A stretch of 63,964 bases of DNA, filler included. It is 5 parts of 5 records of this genome, joined end to end, with 100 filler letters (N's around TTAATTAATTAA, not from the genome) between each part and the next. Parts side by side here need not be neighbours in the genome. Positions count along the whole stretch, not along the records: positions 35,346 to 52,474 come from DRR723986_4837; positions 52,575 to 58,706 come from DRR723986_4847; 3 more parts are not named here. The stretch is one strand, 5' to 3'. The position numbers and the translations under genes are program-made. Positions 45,112-55,183 of this stretch are shown here, in pieces. The notes under the pieces are model-generated. The model worked only from the letters and a program-made list of their open reading frames with translations, ran no database searches and was not told the DNA's origin. Numbering within the stretch: the first letter of the stretch is position 1; each line of letters begins with the position of its first letter.

Positions 45112-45810
45112 TTATTCTGCGGCGTTCAATGACAATTGGATCGGGTCCAACCCATCTATGCCGCCTGTGATCTCATCACCAGCGACCACTGGACCGACGC
45201 CAGCGGGCGTGCCGGTCATAATCAGATCACCGGGTCGCAGATGATAGTATTTTGACAGATGGCAGATGATTTCGTCGATCTTCCAGATCAATTCCGCCAA
45301 CGTTGCGTTCTGACGAGTCTCCCTATTTACTGACAAATGAATGCGTGTCCCATCATCTGGCGACCACTCAGTGACCTTGGTGAGTGGTGCAAAGACAGCA
45401 GCATTTTCGACGTCTTTACCCAAATCCCAAGGCCGCTGCTTATTGCGTTCCCGAATTTGCAGGTCTCGCCGGGTCATATCCAATGCACAACCAAACGCGT
45501 AGACTGCCTCCCATGCCTCCGATGGGGTTGCCTGGAATACCGGCTTACCGATCGCCAACGCCAGTTCCATTTCATAGTGAAAATTTTCAGTCCCCGGTGG
45601 GTAAGCAACCTCTGCCCCGGTCAGCACTGCATTGGCCGCAGACTTGGTGAAATAGAACGGGGCCTCGCGATCCACCTCATGCCCCATCTCAGCGGCATGC
45701 GCAGCATAGTTACGTCCGACACAGAAAATCCGGCCAATCGGGTATGTTCCCGTTTCGCCATTAACTGGGATTCCGGGGATCTGGGGTAGAGAAAACAAGC
45801 TGTCGCTCAT
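45112..45810 (-). CDS. Fumarylacetoacetate hydrolase family protein (acylpyruvate hydrolase-like)
   Basis: RIFCVGRNYAAHAAEMG, HYEMEL, LDMTRRDLQ, PWDLGK, GDLIMTGTPAGVG. Confidence 0.93.
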   Translation of the reverse strand: MSDSLFSLPQIPGIPVNGETGTYPIGRIFCVGRNYAAHAAEMGHEVDREAPFYFTKSAANAVLTGAEVAYPPGTENFHYEMELALAIGKPVFQATPSEAWEAVYAFGCALDMTRRDLQIRERNKQRPWDLGKDVENAAVFAPLTKVTEWSPDDGTRIHLSVNRETRQNATLAELIWKIDEIICHLSKYYHLRPGDLIMTGTPAGVGPVVAGDEITGGIDGLDPIQLSLNAAE

Positions 45811-46414
45811 TGCACACGCTCCTCATAGTTGCCGATTTTGTCGTATTGCGATCAATCAAGAGGCACCTATCAGGCAAGCCCTTGTTACCACACAAACGAG
45901 AGATAACGACAAAATCCGCCCCTGTGAACGGGTCGTTCGCATCGCCTGCTATCACCGTATTGAGCGTCACAACCTAGCCCAGACCTAACTTGCGAGACAC
46001 ATGGGCAACCGATTCGCAGGGCCTCATTTCCAACATTGAACTAGCGAATACTTTAGGGGCCACCACCAACCGAATGTCCAAAATGCGCCCCAAGCCCTGT
46101 CAAAATTGCTCAAATTGGCTGACTATTGCCAGCAACCACTGGTTGTATAAGCGGAAAATTGCGCACTTTTAACACGCAAACCTCATCTATCGCTTTGGCG
46201 CTTGCGCGTTGCGCGCTTCTCCCGCCCTACTCAGTTTCAAGGCCTTATGTCTGAATGTTCCGACCGACGATCCGCCCCCGGATCCCCAGCTGGTTACAAC
46301 CGGAACGTTTGTTCATTTGGAAAAGGGCCTTGTTCCAAAAGCAAGTCACGCCGGGTATTGGCTCCCGGCGGATAAGCTGAAGGCCGGGTACAGCAGCTAC
46401 ACCCACCTGGCCGC

Positions 46415-46448
46415 TCCGCCAGAGACGACCCCCCTTGTCTCTGGCGGA
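46415..46448. terminator. Strong hairpin downstream of the dehydrogenase gene
   Basis: TCCGCCAGAGAC-N10-GTCTCTGGCGGA, 12-bp perfect stem about 10 nt after the stop; no clear U-tract. Confidence 0.5.
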
Positions 46449-46458
46449 CTCCCCACCC

Positions 46459-47397
46459 TCAGAACCCCCAGTTCTTTTTGACCTTAAAGACCTGCGCCAA
46501 AGCCGCATCCCGGCGCTTGACCAATGTCGCTTCGTTCTGCGTTTTCAACTCTCGATCCACACCAGCAACCAACAGGTCTTTGACAGCCTCAGTCAACTCA
46601 GGCGTGCCATGTTCTTGCCAGCGCGCCTCTTGCGTGGCACCAAGGTGGTCTAAATAGTGCCTATAGCCGCCTTTGCCCCCGCCCAGATGATAGGTCAGAT
46701 GCGGCCCCATCAGCGCCCAGCGCATGCCCGGCCCATAGGAAATGGCACGATCGATATCCTCGACGTCCGCTATACCTTCAGCGGCAATATGAACGGCCTC
46801 GCGATACAGCGCGGATGTAAGTCGGTTAGCTAGATGGCCGACGACTTCCTTTTTGACCCTGACCGTGACGCGTTCGATACGCTGGTACAAAGCCTCAGCA
46901 ATATCGACGGTATCTGGCGCTGTCAGCTTTCCTGCAACCAATTCAACCATCGGTACCATGTGGGGCGGGTTCATTGGGTGGGCGACAAGAATACGCTCAG
47001 CATGGCGAGCCCCGCGTTGAATATCAGAGGCCAACAGCGAAGACGTGCTCGACGCGATAATCACGTCTGGCCGCACAACCTGCTCAAGCGATTGAATTGT
47101 TTGTTGCTTGATTTCTATTCGGTCCGGACCATTTTCCTGAACGAAATCTACTATATTCAATGACGCTAAGTCGGAGGAAAAGCTAGGTAATTCTGGATCC
47201 GAAACAGTTCCAAGCTCCAGCTCCGCCATGATCGCCCAAGCATCGCGAACAAACGGCCCGATATCAGCGGACACCATCGGATTAGGATCATAGACATGGG
47301 TTTGAAACCCAAAGGCCGAAAACAAACTGGCCCAGCTAAGACCGATTATGCCCCCGCCAACGATACCAACGGTTTGAATATCCTGCGTTCCACGCAT
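46459..47397 (-). CDS. 3-hydroxyacyl-CoA dehydrogenase family protein (carnitine dehydrogenase / lambda-crystallin-like)
   Basis: GGGIIGLSWA, FVQENGPDR, IASSTSSL, AHPMNPPH, GHLANRL, GPGMRWA. Confidence 0.9.
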   Translation of the reverse strand: MRGTQDIQTVGIVGGGIIGLSWASLFSAFGFQTHVYDPNPMVSADIGPFVRDAWAIMAELELGTVSDPELPSFSSDLASLNIVDFVQENGPDRIEIKQQTIQSLEQVVRPDVIIASSTSSLLASDIQRGARHAERILVAHPMNPPHMVPMVELVAGKLTAPDTVDIAEALYQRIERVTVRVKKEVVGHLANRLTSALYREAVHIAAEGIADVEDIDRAISYGPGMRWALMGPHLTYHLGGGKGGYRHYLDHLGATQEARWQEHGTPELTEAVKDLLVAGVDRELKTQNEATLVKRRDAALAQVFKVKKNWGF

Positions 47398-47590
47398 TTT
47401 AGCTCCTTTGGTTCGGCGTTACTTGCACTGCGATGCCTGCCTTAGTCATGCGAGGCTTACAGTCAATGTCCAGACCTACCCTGACCATTCCTTTCCCAAG
47501 AAAGTTCCCGGTTCCCACCATCAATATTGACTTTGCGATCGGGATGTCTTTTATTTCACATGTTAACTATATTGACTCAAGGTGAGCCGC

Positions 47591-47968
47591 TTGCCACACT
47601 TCATGCTCGACTACTCTGCCAATCTCGAAGATCTCACCAGCATTCCGGCGCTGTGTGACGCGCTGCGCAAAGCCGCGATTGAAACCGGTGTTTTTCCAAT
47701 GCCGGGTATTCGGGTTCGGGCCATGCGGGCTGATTACGTCTCCATCGCGAATGGCGACCCAAAACACGCCTATTTAGACATTTCCGTTCGATTACGGGCT
47801 GGGCGCGATCTGGAAACCCGAAAGAAAGCCACGGCTCATCTGTTCGAAGTCGCTAAGGCGTATCTAGCACCCGCAATGGAACAGCACTCGATCGCCCTAT
47901 CGCTGGAGATGCGCGATATCGACCCCGAGTTATCGCCCAAAACCGGAACGATCCGGGATCACATCTAA
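47591..47968 (+). CDS. 5-carboxymethyl-2-hydroxymuconate isomerase family protein
   Basis: TTG start gives (M)PHFMLDYSANLE with the catalytic N-terminal Pro; GVFPMPGIRVRA, AGRD. Confidence 0.87.
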   Translation: MPHFMLDYSANLEDLTSIPALCDALRKAAIETGVFPMPGIRVRAMRADYVSIANGDPKHAYLDISVRLRAGRDLETRKKATAHLFEVAKAYLAPAMEQHSIALSLEMRDIDPELSPKTGTIRDHI

Positions 47969-48069
47969 CTCAAACAAATCTATGTACCGAGCAGGCTCAG
48001 CGCGTTCTGATCCGACCAAGATCACCGCCGCGCCAGCACGATCGCACGTCACATCCCTAGGAGATCGAC

Positions 48070-49482
48070 ATGAAATGGAATGAATTTGCCGATTGGGGTC
48101 GCAAGGTCGCTGATTGGACCCAAGATTATCACCTGACCGTCGGGGACCGCCCTGTACGCGCGCGCACTGAACCCGGTGAGGTTTTCAATGCTTTGCCCGA
48201 AACACCCCCCGAAACCCCGCAAGCGATGGAAGATATCTTTGCGGATTTCGAAAACATCGTCATGCCCGGCATTACACATTGGCAACACCCCCGGTTCTTT
48301 GCCTATTTCAACTCCAACGCATCCGCCCCTTCGGTGTTGGCCGAGTTTCTATCGTCGGCCATCGCGCCCCAGTGCATGTTGTGGCAAACCTCGCCAGCCG
48401 CCACCGAGATGGAAACCCGGATGATGGACTGGTTGCGCCAAGCGCTTGATCTGCCGTCAGAGTACGAGGGCGTCATCCAGGATAGCGCATCATCAGCCAC
48501 CTTGGCCGCCGTCCTAACCATGCGAGAAAAAGCGCTCAACTGGACGGGCAACACCCAAGGGCTTCCGGGTCAGACCCCTTTGCGGATCTATTGCTCTTCC
48601 GAGGTCCACACCTCGGTTGATCGCGCCATCTGGGTTGCCGGAATCGGGCAAGACAATTTGATCCGCATTCCAATTCAAGGCGATTGGCGCGGGATGGACC
48701 CTGTTGCCCTGGAAACCGCGATCAAAGCTGACATTGCCGCTGGCCTGACACCTGCGGGTATCATCCTGTGCGTTGGCGGTACAGGGACAGGCGCCACCGA
48801 TCCCGTTGCCGAGTGTTTGGATGTTGCCGAGAAATACGGGCTCTATTCCCACGTGGACGCTGCATGGGCCGGGTCGGCGATGATCTGCCCTGAATACCGT
48901 CACTATTGGCCCGGGATCGAACGGGCAGATAGTATCGTTTTCAACCCACACAAATGGCTTGGGGTTCAATTTGACTGCTGTGCCCACTTCCTGCGCAGCC
49001 CCGATGATTTGGTCAGAACCTTGGCGATCAAGCCAGAGTATCTGAAAACCCACGGCAAAGACGGGGTTATCAACTATTCCGAATGGTCCGTTCCCTTGGG
49101 TCGTCGGTTCCGAGCGCTCAAGATCTGGTTTGTCATCCGCACCTACGGTCTTGAAGGGCTACGCGAACGTCTGCGCAATCACGTAAACTGGTCTGTTGCC
49201 TTGCATGATAAGCTCGCACAGACCCCGGATTTTGAGATTGTCACAATCCCGATGTGGTCCCTGTTCACCTTTCGCTATGCCCCTAAAGGCGCCGACGATC
49301 TGGACGCGCTGAACCAACGCCTGGTTGATGCGATCAACGATGACGGACGTATCTATCTGACACAGACCCGCGTCGACGGAGAATTGGTCATTCGCTTCCA
49401 AGCCGGGCATTTCGAAGCGACCGAACAGGATGTGATGATGGCTTATGACGTGATCACCGAAATCGCAGGTGGGCTTGCATAA
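48070..49482 (+). CDS. PLP-dependent group II decarboxylase (aromatic L-amino acid decarboxylase type)
   Basis: PGITHWQHPRFFAYF, SPAATEME, HVDAAWAG, FNPHKW (PLP lysine), LGRRFRALKIW. Confidence 0.93.
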   Translation: MKWNEFADWGRKVADWTQDYHLTVGDRPVRARTEPGEVFNALPETPPETPQAMEDIFADFENIVMPGITHWQHPRFFAYFNSNASAPSVLAEFLSSAIAPQCMLWQTSPAATEMETRMMDWLRQALDLPSEYEGVIQDSASSATLAAVLTMREKALNWTGNTQGLPGQTPLRIYCSSEVHTSVDRAIWVAGIGQDNLIRIPIQGDWRGMDPVALETAIKADIAAGLTPAGIILCVGGTGTGATDPVAECLDVAEKYGLYSHVDAAWAGSAMICPEYRHYWPGIERADSIVFNPHKWLGVQFDCCAHFLRSPDDLVRTLAIKPEYLKTHGKDGVINYSEWSVPLGRRFRALKIWFVIRTYGLEGLRERLRNHVNWSVALHDKLAQTPDFEIVTIPMWSLFTFRYAPKGADDLDALNQRLVDAINDDGRIYLTQTRVDGELVIRFQAGHFEATEQDVMMAYDVITEIAGGLA

Positions 49483-49504
49483 CGCCCCCGGTTACGGGTC
49501 AGTT

Positions 49505-50659
49505 TTAACCTTTGATCTGGGCGGCTGCCTGCGTGTAGCCGCCCGCAGCACCATCAATGAAATGCACGTGATCGTCGCGCACGGCTGATGGAACAATACA
49601 TGTCACCATCGCCTCGTCTTGCGCGAACAAACCGTATTCGATTTTACCACACATACGCGCTTCTTCCAAAATCTGTTCGATCTGACACCGTGTGTTCGGA
49701 TCACAATCCAATGTCATTTTCAAACCATCATCAAACTTCCGGAAATCAGCATTATTGCTAACCATCGAAGCGTAATGGTTCGGATCAAACGACCCAAGGT
49801 TCACACCTGTCTTAAACAGCAACCAGATCAACAGATTCTGCCCCAAAAGCTTGGCCTTTTGTACCGTCAGATTCTTGCCCGTTCGTGACACGTGCGCATC
49901 TAGATCCAGCCCCGGCGGCGGCCAGCGAACACCCGGCCCCCCAAGTGGGACAGGATGCCCCGAGCGTAACAAACCCTCTGATACGGAAACCACACGATGG
50001 GCGAGATCGGCAAAATCACGTTCACTTGCCCGCTTGGTCGGCTGGGCAACAAGGGAAAGAATTTGACCATTTTGAGCAGGCGCGTTGGACCAGCGGCACG
50101 ACAAGCCCGTTAAATCAGGTTGGGCACCAGGAGCTGCAGGTTCAACAACATGCACGCCCGCTTTCATTTCCTGTTCAACCCAGGCCAGACCGCCGCCTGA
50201 GAACATCGCATAGTCCACGCCATCGGAAACAGAGAAGCGCGCAACACAGACATCACGCCCAGCCTTTCGCACTGAGGCCACAGGAACCAAAGATGCACGT
50301 AACTGGATTCCAAATTCTTCATCAGCCCAGCGACGCAAATCAGCAAGCGCTGCAAATACCGTTTGAGCCGCCGTTGCAGGAACCGCAAAAGACGCGCCAT
50401 CGCCACCAAATACATACGGGAAAGCACGCCCTTCCAACCCATTGATAAGTGAAGAGATGACTGCAGCCCCAACCATGTTGACGGTCTTGTAACGCCCCTT
50501 CGCGATCTCACCAGTTGAATTGACGATATCAGTTGTTCCAATCAGCCAATCTGAAGGGACCGGGGTGAAGCTATCTGGATCGGCCATTAAGGTGAAATCC
50601 CGAGACCGAGGGAGCTCACTATAAAATGGGTCACCATGTTCCTCGACGTTCGTGTTCAC
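49505..50659 (-). CDS. DUF3095 family protein
   Basis: TDIVNST...GRYKTVNMVGA, PYVFGGDGA, DLTGLSCRW, DFRKFDDGLKM, HVHFIDGAAGGY. Start set at GTG 50659 behind AAGGAG. Confidence 0.85.
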   Translation of the reverse strand: MNTNVEEHGDPFYSELPRSRDFTLMADPDSFTPVPSDWLIGTTDIVNSTGEIAKGRYKTVNMVGAAVISSLINGLEGRAFPYVFGGDGASFAVPATAAQTVFAALADLRRWADEEFGIQLRASLVPVASVRKAGRDVCVARFSVSDGVDYAMFSGGGLAWVEQEMKAGVHVVEPAAPGAQPDLTGLSCRWSNAPAQNGQILSLVAQPTKRASERDFADLAHRVVSVSEGLLRSGHPVPLGGPGVRWPPPGLDLDAHVSRTGKNLTVQKAKLLGQNLLIWLLFKTGVNLGSFDPNHYASMVSNNADFRKFDDGLKMTLDCDPNTRCQIEQILEEARMCGKIEYGLFAQDEAMVTCIVPSAVRDDHVHFIDGAAGGYTQAAAQIKG

Positions 50660-50799
50660 ATCAAAGCTCCTTCCGCCTCGAGACATGGTATCGCTCGATC
50701 CTTGCCTGACAAGCAAATGCAACAGTTCACACAGCCTTGTGCATCAGCGCGTTACATGTAACCCATTCTCAAAACGCGTCACGCTAAAGGAACCAGAGC

Positions 50800-51972
50800 A
50801 TGCAGGTGGGTTTGATTGTATTGTGTCTGGCTTATGTCCTTAGCCAATTTTTTCGCGCATTTTTGGCGGTGCTCGCGTCGATCCTGAACCAAGATATCGG
50901 TGCCACGCCTGATGATCTGGCAACGGCATCTGGGCTATGGTTCTTGACGTTTGCTGCGATGCAATTGCCCGTCGGGCTGGCGCTGGACAAGATCGGGCCA
51001 CGTCGCACAGCTGCCACACTGTTGATGTTCGGCGGCGGTGGAGGGGCACTGTTGTTTGCGCTCGCCACTACCCCGCTGCACGTCAATCTGGCGATGGTCC
51101 TGATCGGGATTGGGTGTTCGCCCGTTCTGATGGCCTCATATTTCATCTTTGCCCGCAACTATCCCCCGGCGAGGTTTGCAACCCTGGCTGCGTTGATGTT
51201 GGGGGTCGGATCAATCGGCAATCTGGTGGCCTCATACCCAACCGCGCTTGCCGTCGATCTGATCGGGTGGCGTGGCACATTGGGCGGGTTGGCCGTTCTT
51301 TCCAGCCTGGTGGCTTGCGGCATCTGGCTCACCGTTAAGGACCCGGAACCGGTCCAAACCACTGAAAAAGGGTCTGTTCTCGATCTGCTCAAACTGCCCG
51401 CTATCTGGGCCATTCTACCGCTGATGTTTGTGGCCTATGCTCCGGCTGGCGCGTTGCGCGGACTATGGGCTGGCCCATATTTAACCGATGTTTTCGGGCT
51501 AAGCACAAACCAGATCGGACAAGCCACGTTGGTTATGGGCGCCGCTATGATCGCCGGTACCTTTGTCTATGGCCCGTTGGATCGCATCCTTGGCACACGA
51601 AAGTGGGTGATCTTTGGCGGTAACCTCTTGGGTGCCTTGGCCATGATTTCGCTTGTGATTTGGATTGATCATAGCATCTGGGCCTCTGTCACCTTGATCG
51701 CTCTTGTTGGTTTTCTAGGGGCAACCTTCCCCGTCATCATGGCCCATGGGCGGGCCTTTGCCCCACCTCATCTGGTTGGGCGTGGCATGACCCTTTTGAA
51801 TCTCTTTGGCATTGGCGGCGTCGGCGTCATGCAATTGATCTCGGGCCGCATTCACGAGGCAACACTCGGCACCGTACCTAGCGCGCCCTACACCGCTATC
51901 TTTGGTTTCTTCGCGGCGGCCCTGCTGGTGGGGCTTGTGATCTATTTGTTCAGCCGCGACAGCATAGACTAA
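50800..51972 (+). CDS. MFS transporter
   Basis: About 12 hydrophobic helices; motif A GLALDKIGPRR. Confidence 0.9.
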   Translation: MQVGLIVLCLAYVLSQFFRAFLAVLASILNQDIGATPDDLATASGLWFLTFAAMQLPVGLALDKIGPRRTAATLLMFGGGGGALLFALATTPLHVNLAMVLIGIGCSPVLMASYFIFARNYPPARFATLAALMLGVGSIGNLVASYPTALAVDLIGWRGTLGGLAVLSSLVACGIWLTVKDPEPVQTTEKGSVLDLLKLPAIWAILPLMFVAYAPAGALRGLWAGPYLTDVFGLSTNQIGQATLVMGAAMIAGTFVYGPLDRILGTRKWVIFGGNLLGALAMISLVIWIDHSIWASVTLIALVGFLGATFPVIMAHGRAFAPPHLVGRGMTLLNLFGIGGVGVMQLISGRIHEATLGTVPSAPYTAIFGFFAAALLVGLVIYLFSRDSID

Positions 51973-52051
51973 CCTACCCTCTTTCCCCTCGGGCGCTTTC
52001 GCTGTATGGAACCGCCGCTGGTTGTCGAACCGGCCTATCTGGAGAAAGAAA

Positions 52052-52474
52052 ATGGGTTACCGTATCGCCGTCGTCGGCGCCACTGGCAACGTGGGTCGCG
52101 AAATGCTTAACATCCTGGCCGAGCGCCAGTTCCCCGTGGACGAAATTGCCGTTTTGGCAAGCCGTCGTTCCTTGGGTACAGAAGTAAGCTTTGGTGATAA
52201 GACTCTCAAAACCCAAGATCTGGATACGTTCGACTTTACGGGCTGGGATATTGCCCTGTTTGCCGTTGGTTCCGAAGCAACTAAGATTTATGCGCCTAAG
52301 TCGGCAGCTGCTGGCTGTGTTGTGATCGATAACTCGTCGCTGTACCGCTACGATCCCGACATTCCGTTGATCGTGCCCGAGTGCAACCCCGAGGCTGTGC
52401 ACGGCTATTCCAAAAAGAACATCATCGCCAACCCCAACTGCTCGACCGCGCAGATGGTTGTTGCGCTGAAGCCG
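52052..52474 (+). CDS. asd: Aspartate-semialdehyde dehydrogenase, 3'-truncated
   Basis: IAVVGATGNVGREML, VIDNSSLYR, IIANPNCST. Start ATG 52052. Confidence 0.96.
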
Positions 52475-52574
52475 NNNNNNNNNNNNNNNNNNNNNNNNNN
52501 NNNNNNNNNNNNNNNNNNTTAATTAATTAANNNNNNNNNNNNNNNNNNNNNNNNNNNNNNNNNNNNNNNNNNNN
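52475..52574. other. Artificial contig-joining spacer
   Basis: N44-TTAATTAATTAA-N44. Confidence 0.98.
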
Positions 52575-52818
52575 CGAATCCTGCACGGCTCACCACTGAA
52601 ATCCTTTAATATCAATGCCCTTCGGGTGGCGATTTTCGTTTACGCGGTCGCGTCGAGAAGCCCTTGGAAGTAAGCGCCCGTTCCATAGTCGTGGCAGAAT
52701 TGCAACGATAGCGAGTCGAGCATTCGCCTCGCGTAAGTCACGCCCATCGAGTTCTGTGAACAATAGTGTCTCCGCTCCCGTTGGCCTGTGTTTGGTGCCA
52801 CTGCATAGCGTGATGCCA

Positions 52819-53865
52819 TCAGGACTGCGCAATGAACGACAACTCTTCGACTACTGTGTCACAGAGCCGATCATATTCCGCTTCGATTACCCGTTGGTCG
52901 TGAAACAGCCGCGCCAGAGCGCGCTGTGTTTCGGCAAAGCCCTCCGAGACGCGTAGATCGACAGGTTGTCTTGCATCGAACACCGGAACATCAGGCAGTT
53001 TGTCACGGAAGTTCAACCAGCCCTGGCTGCCAATCATCCGAAAGACGCTATGCGCAGGCGATGCCATGTAAAGAGGCACAGCCCCAGTTGCGAACGCATC
53101 GAAGATCTTCTCTGAAATGTAGTCTGGCTGATGGGTGTTCTCAAAGCCGGACATGAAGCGCGTGCGCATGTCAAACCGGTCCAGTTTGTCTTTGTGCCAA
53201 TCCTCCAGTTCCTGGCGGGGCGGCTCTGTTCCCCAACCGTATCCCTGACGAACGACGACATCACCGGTGCAGCGCGACGCGAATTCACTTCGATAGGCTG
53301 AAAGCGCGAACAGGTCCGCATCCGGGTAAAATGGGGACAAAAGTGGCCCTTCGCGTTTTCGGTTCAGGAAAACAGCATCAATTGGGACGCTGGAGAAATG
53401 ATTGTGCCAGTTGATCGCGGTCATGCCGGCATTCCGATCAATCAACGGCCTGTAATGAGCAACGTAGCGTGGGTCTGTAAGCAAGAAATAAGGGATACGG
53501 GAAGATCGGAATATCCGTGATGTCTGATGGTTGAGAACCGTATAATCAACGGACCCCCAGGGTGTCTCAAGGCGCTGATGACGGGAAAGTGGATCCGGCA
53601 TCCAGACACTGTCCCAGAACGGTTCCTCCGACAGCATTACAAGCCGTAGCTGCGGGTAATCGGTCAACAGATCCCAGATTTGCCCGGCGAAGAGGTCGAA
53701 GTCATTGTGATGACTGATGACAAGAAGCAGAGCATCATTGGGAGAATCGACCAACTCAATGCGGTCACCAATCCGATTACGGATGGCAGAGTATGCCAGA
53801 GGTTGTCGGTTTCGGTAGCCACCGAACAAGAATACCGGGATCATTCCGATCTTTGGTATCTGCAC
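52819..53865 (-). CDS. Glycosyltransferase family 10-like (alpha-1,3/1,4-fucosyltransferase-like) protein
   Basis: FMSGFENTHQPDYISEKIFDAFATGAVPLY matches the GT10 FEN...DY.(T/S)EK motif; fcl is in the same locus. Confidence 0.75.
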   Translation of the reverse strand: MQIPKIGMIPVFLFGGYRNRQPLAYSAIRNRIGDRIELVDSPNDALLLVISHHNDFDLFAGQIWDLLTDYPQLRLVMLSEEPFWDSVWMPDPLSRHQRLETPWGSVDYTVLNHQTSRIFRSSRIPYFLLTDPRYVAHYRPLIDRNAGMTAINWHNHFSSVPIDAVFLNRKREGPLLSPFYPDADLFALSAYRSEFASRCTGDVVVRQGYGWGTEPPRQELEDWHKDKLDRFDMRTRFMSGFENTHQPDYISEKIFDAFATGAVPLYMASPAHSVFRMIGSQGWLNFRDKLPDVPVFDARQPVDLRVSEGFAETQRALARLFHDQRVIEAEYDRLCDTVVEELSFIAQS

Positions 53866-53883
53866 GCAAACCCCAACCTTCTA

Positions 53884-55125
53884 TCAGTCAATTGCCGTGT
53901 CATCTTCCCTGATCGGTGCAACGGCCAAGCGAAACTGCCGCATCGGCCTGGTGACCCGCCAGGATCGGGAGGCATAGATATCAGAGATGTTTTGATTCAG
54001 CAGGTCGCGTTCCGCCTGTATCGCAGCGAGGCGCTCCTCTGCTTCCTGAAGCCGGTCCTGAAGGGTCTTCCTCTCGCGTGCCTCTCGTCTGAAATCAATC
54101 AGAGCACGGGCAAGAGATCGCTCGTTTTCCTGGGCGGTCTCGTTTCTTCGTGCTTCAATTCTGGCGGCCTCATCCTGTTGGTGTGCCATCTCTTCCAACT
54201 GCAAACCGATCTGAGCATTCAAAAGACCCATTTCTTCTTTCAATCGGCCTATCTGGTCTTCTTGCTGTTGTTGAAGCACTTCGAAGCTCTGCTTTTCTTT
54301 CCGCAACTCGGTCCTGACCGCGTCAACTTCCAACTGACCACGCTTGGCCTGTTCGGACAGCGCCTGCTCTGCATCCGTTTGACCTTGGGCCAGTTGGCTA
54401 CGCAGCAGGGATATTTCCTGAGACTGCTTTCGGGCTGCGGCTGCGGTCTCGGTCTGCTCGGCCTTGTGACGTTCAATCGCCTCCCGATGATCGTTGCATT
54501 CCGTTCTCAGCTGTCGGAGTTCATCAAAACCCGCTCGTGAGGCGTTGAGTAAGGCGGGGGGCAGCGCATCTGACGCAAGTGTAAGGCTGCTGGCCTCCAG
54601 TTCATCAAGGCAGACGCGCATTTCCTGCAAGCGCGCAAGCATCAAAGATGCAAGCAAGCGAGCAGCGCTGTCGCTTGTTTCGCTGAATTCGACAATCTCA
54701 CTCGGCTCGATCTCAAGTCCGAGCCAGGACGCCAGCCGCTCGGTATCATGCTGAGATGCCAGAGGTGTCAGAAGGCGGGAATCGATAAGCCGTAGCTTCC
54801 TTCGGTGCCGCCGAACAAGAGACAGAAGCCCGCCATGCCGCGAAACCCATTCAGCAACGACCTGTTCAGGATCACCATCGCCGAGCAAAACCGCTGACAT
54901 CGCCTCTGTCGGAATATTCCAAAACAGCGCAATCTCGTCGCCGCTCTGTTTCAAGACGTCCCCTAGATGAGCGGTGTCTGCGCGTTCCGGGGCACAACCC
55001 CATTGCCCAAGCAGCTTCAATTCGGCGTCCGAAACGTCCTGTGTCGCGAAAACGAGTTTGTGAGGGGAAGAGGGGCCAGTCTGCATCGCGGGTGTGGGCC
55101 TTGTGGCTTGTGGGGTCTTGATCAT
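53884..55125 (-). CDS. Coiled-coil protein with C-terminal SxSWRxTxPxR amphipathic motif (glycan chain-length/terminator-associated type)
   Basis: Long E/Q/A/R-rich heptad region ending IYASRSWRVTRPMRQF; glycan locus context. Confidence 0.75.
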   Translation of the reverse strand: MIKTPQATRPTPAMQTGPSSPHKLVFATQDVSDAELKLLGQWGCAPERADTAHLGDVLKQSGDEIALFWNIPTEAMSAVLLGDGDPEQVVAEWVSRHGGLLSLVRRHRRKLRLIDSRLLTPLASQHDTERLASWLGLEIEPSEIVEFSETSDSAARLLASLMLARLQEMRVCLDELEASSLTLASDALPPALLNASRAGFDELRQLRTECNDHREAIERHKAEQTETAAAARKQSQEISLLRSQLAQGQTDAEQALSEQAKRGQLEVDAVRTELRKEKQSFEVLQQQQEDQIGRLKEEMGLLNAQIGLQLEEMAHQQDEAARIEARRNETAQENERSLARALIDFRREARERKTLQDRLQEAEERLAAIQAERDLLNQNISDIYASRSWRVTRPMRQFRLAVAPIREDDTAID

Positions 55126-55183
55126 GCCTGTCTAGTCTCTTTCTCGCACCGAGTCGACGCAGCTAAGGTCAGCATTCGAGCGG

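Noticed and set aside
52575-52819. Possible short ORFs downstream of the GT10-like gene
   Set aside because: All frames are short with no recognisable motif; cannot be supported.
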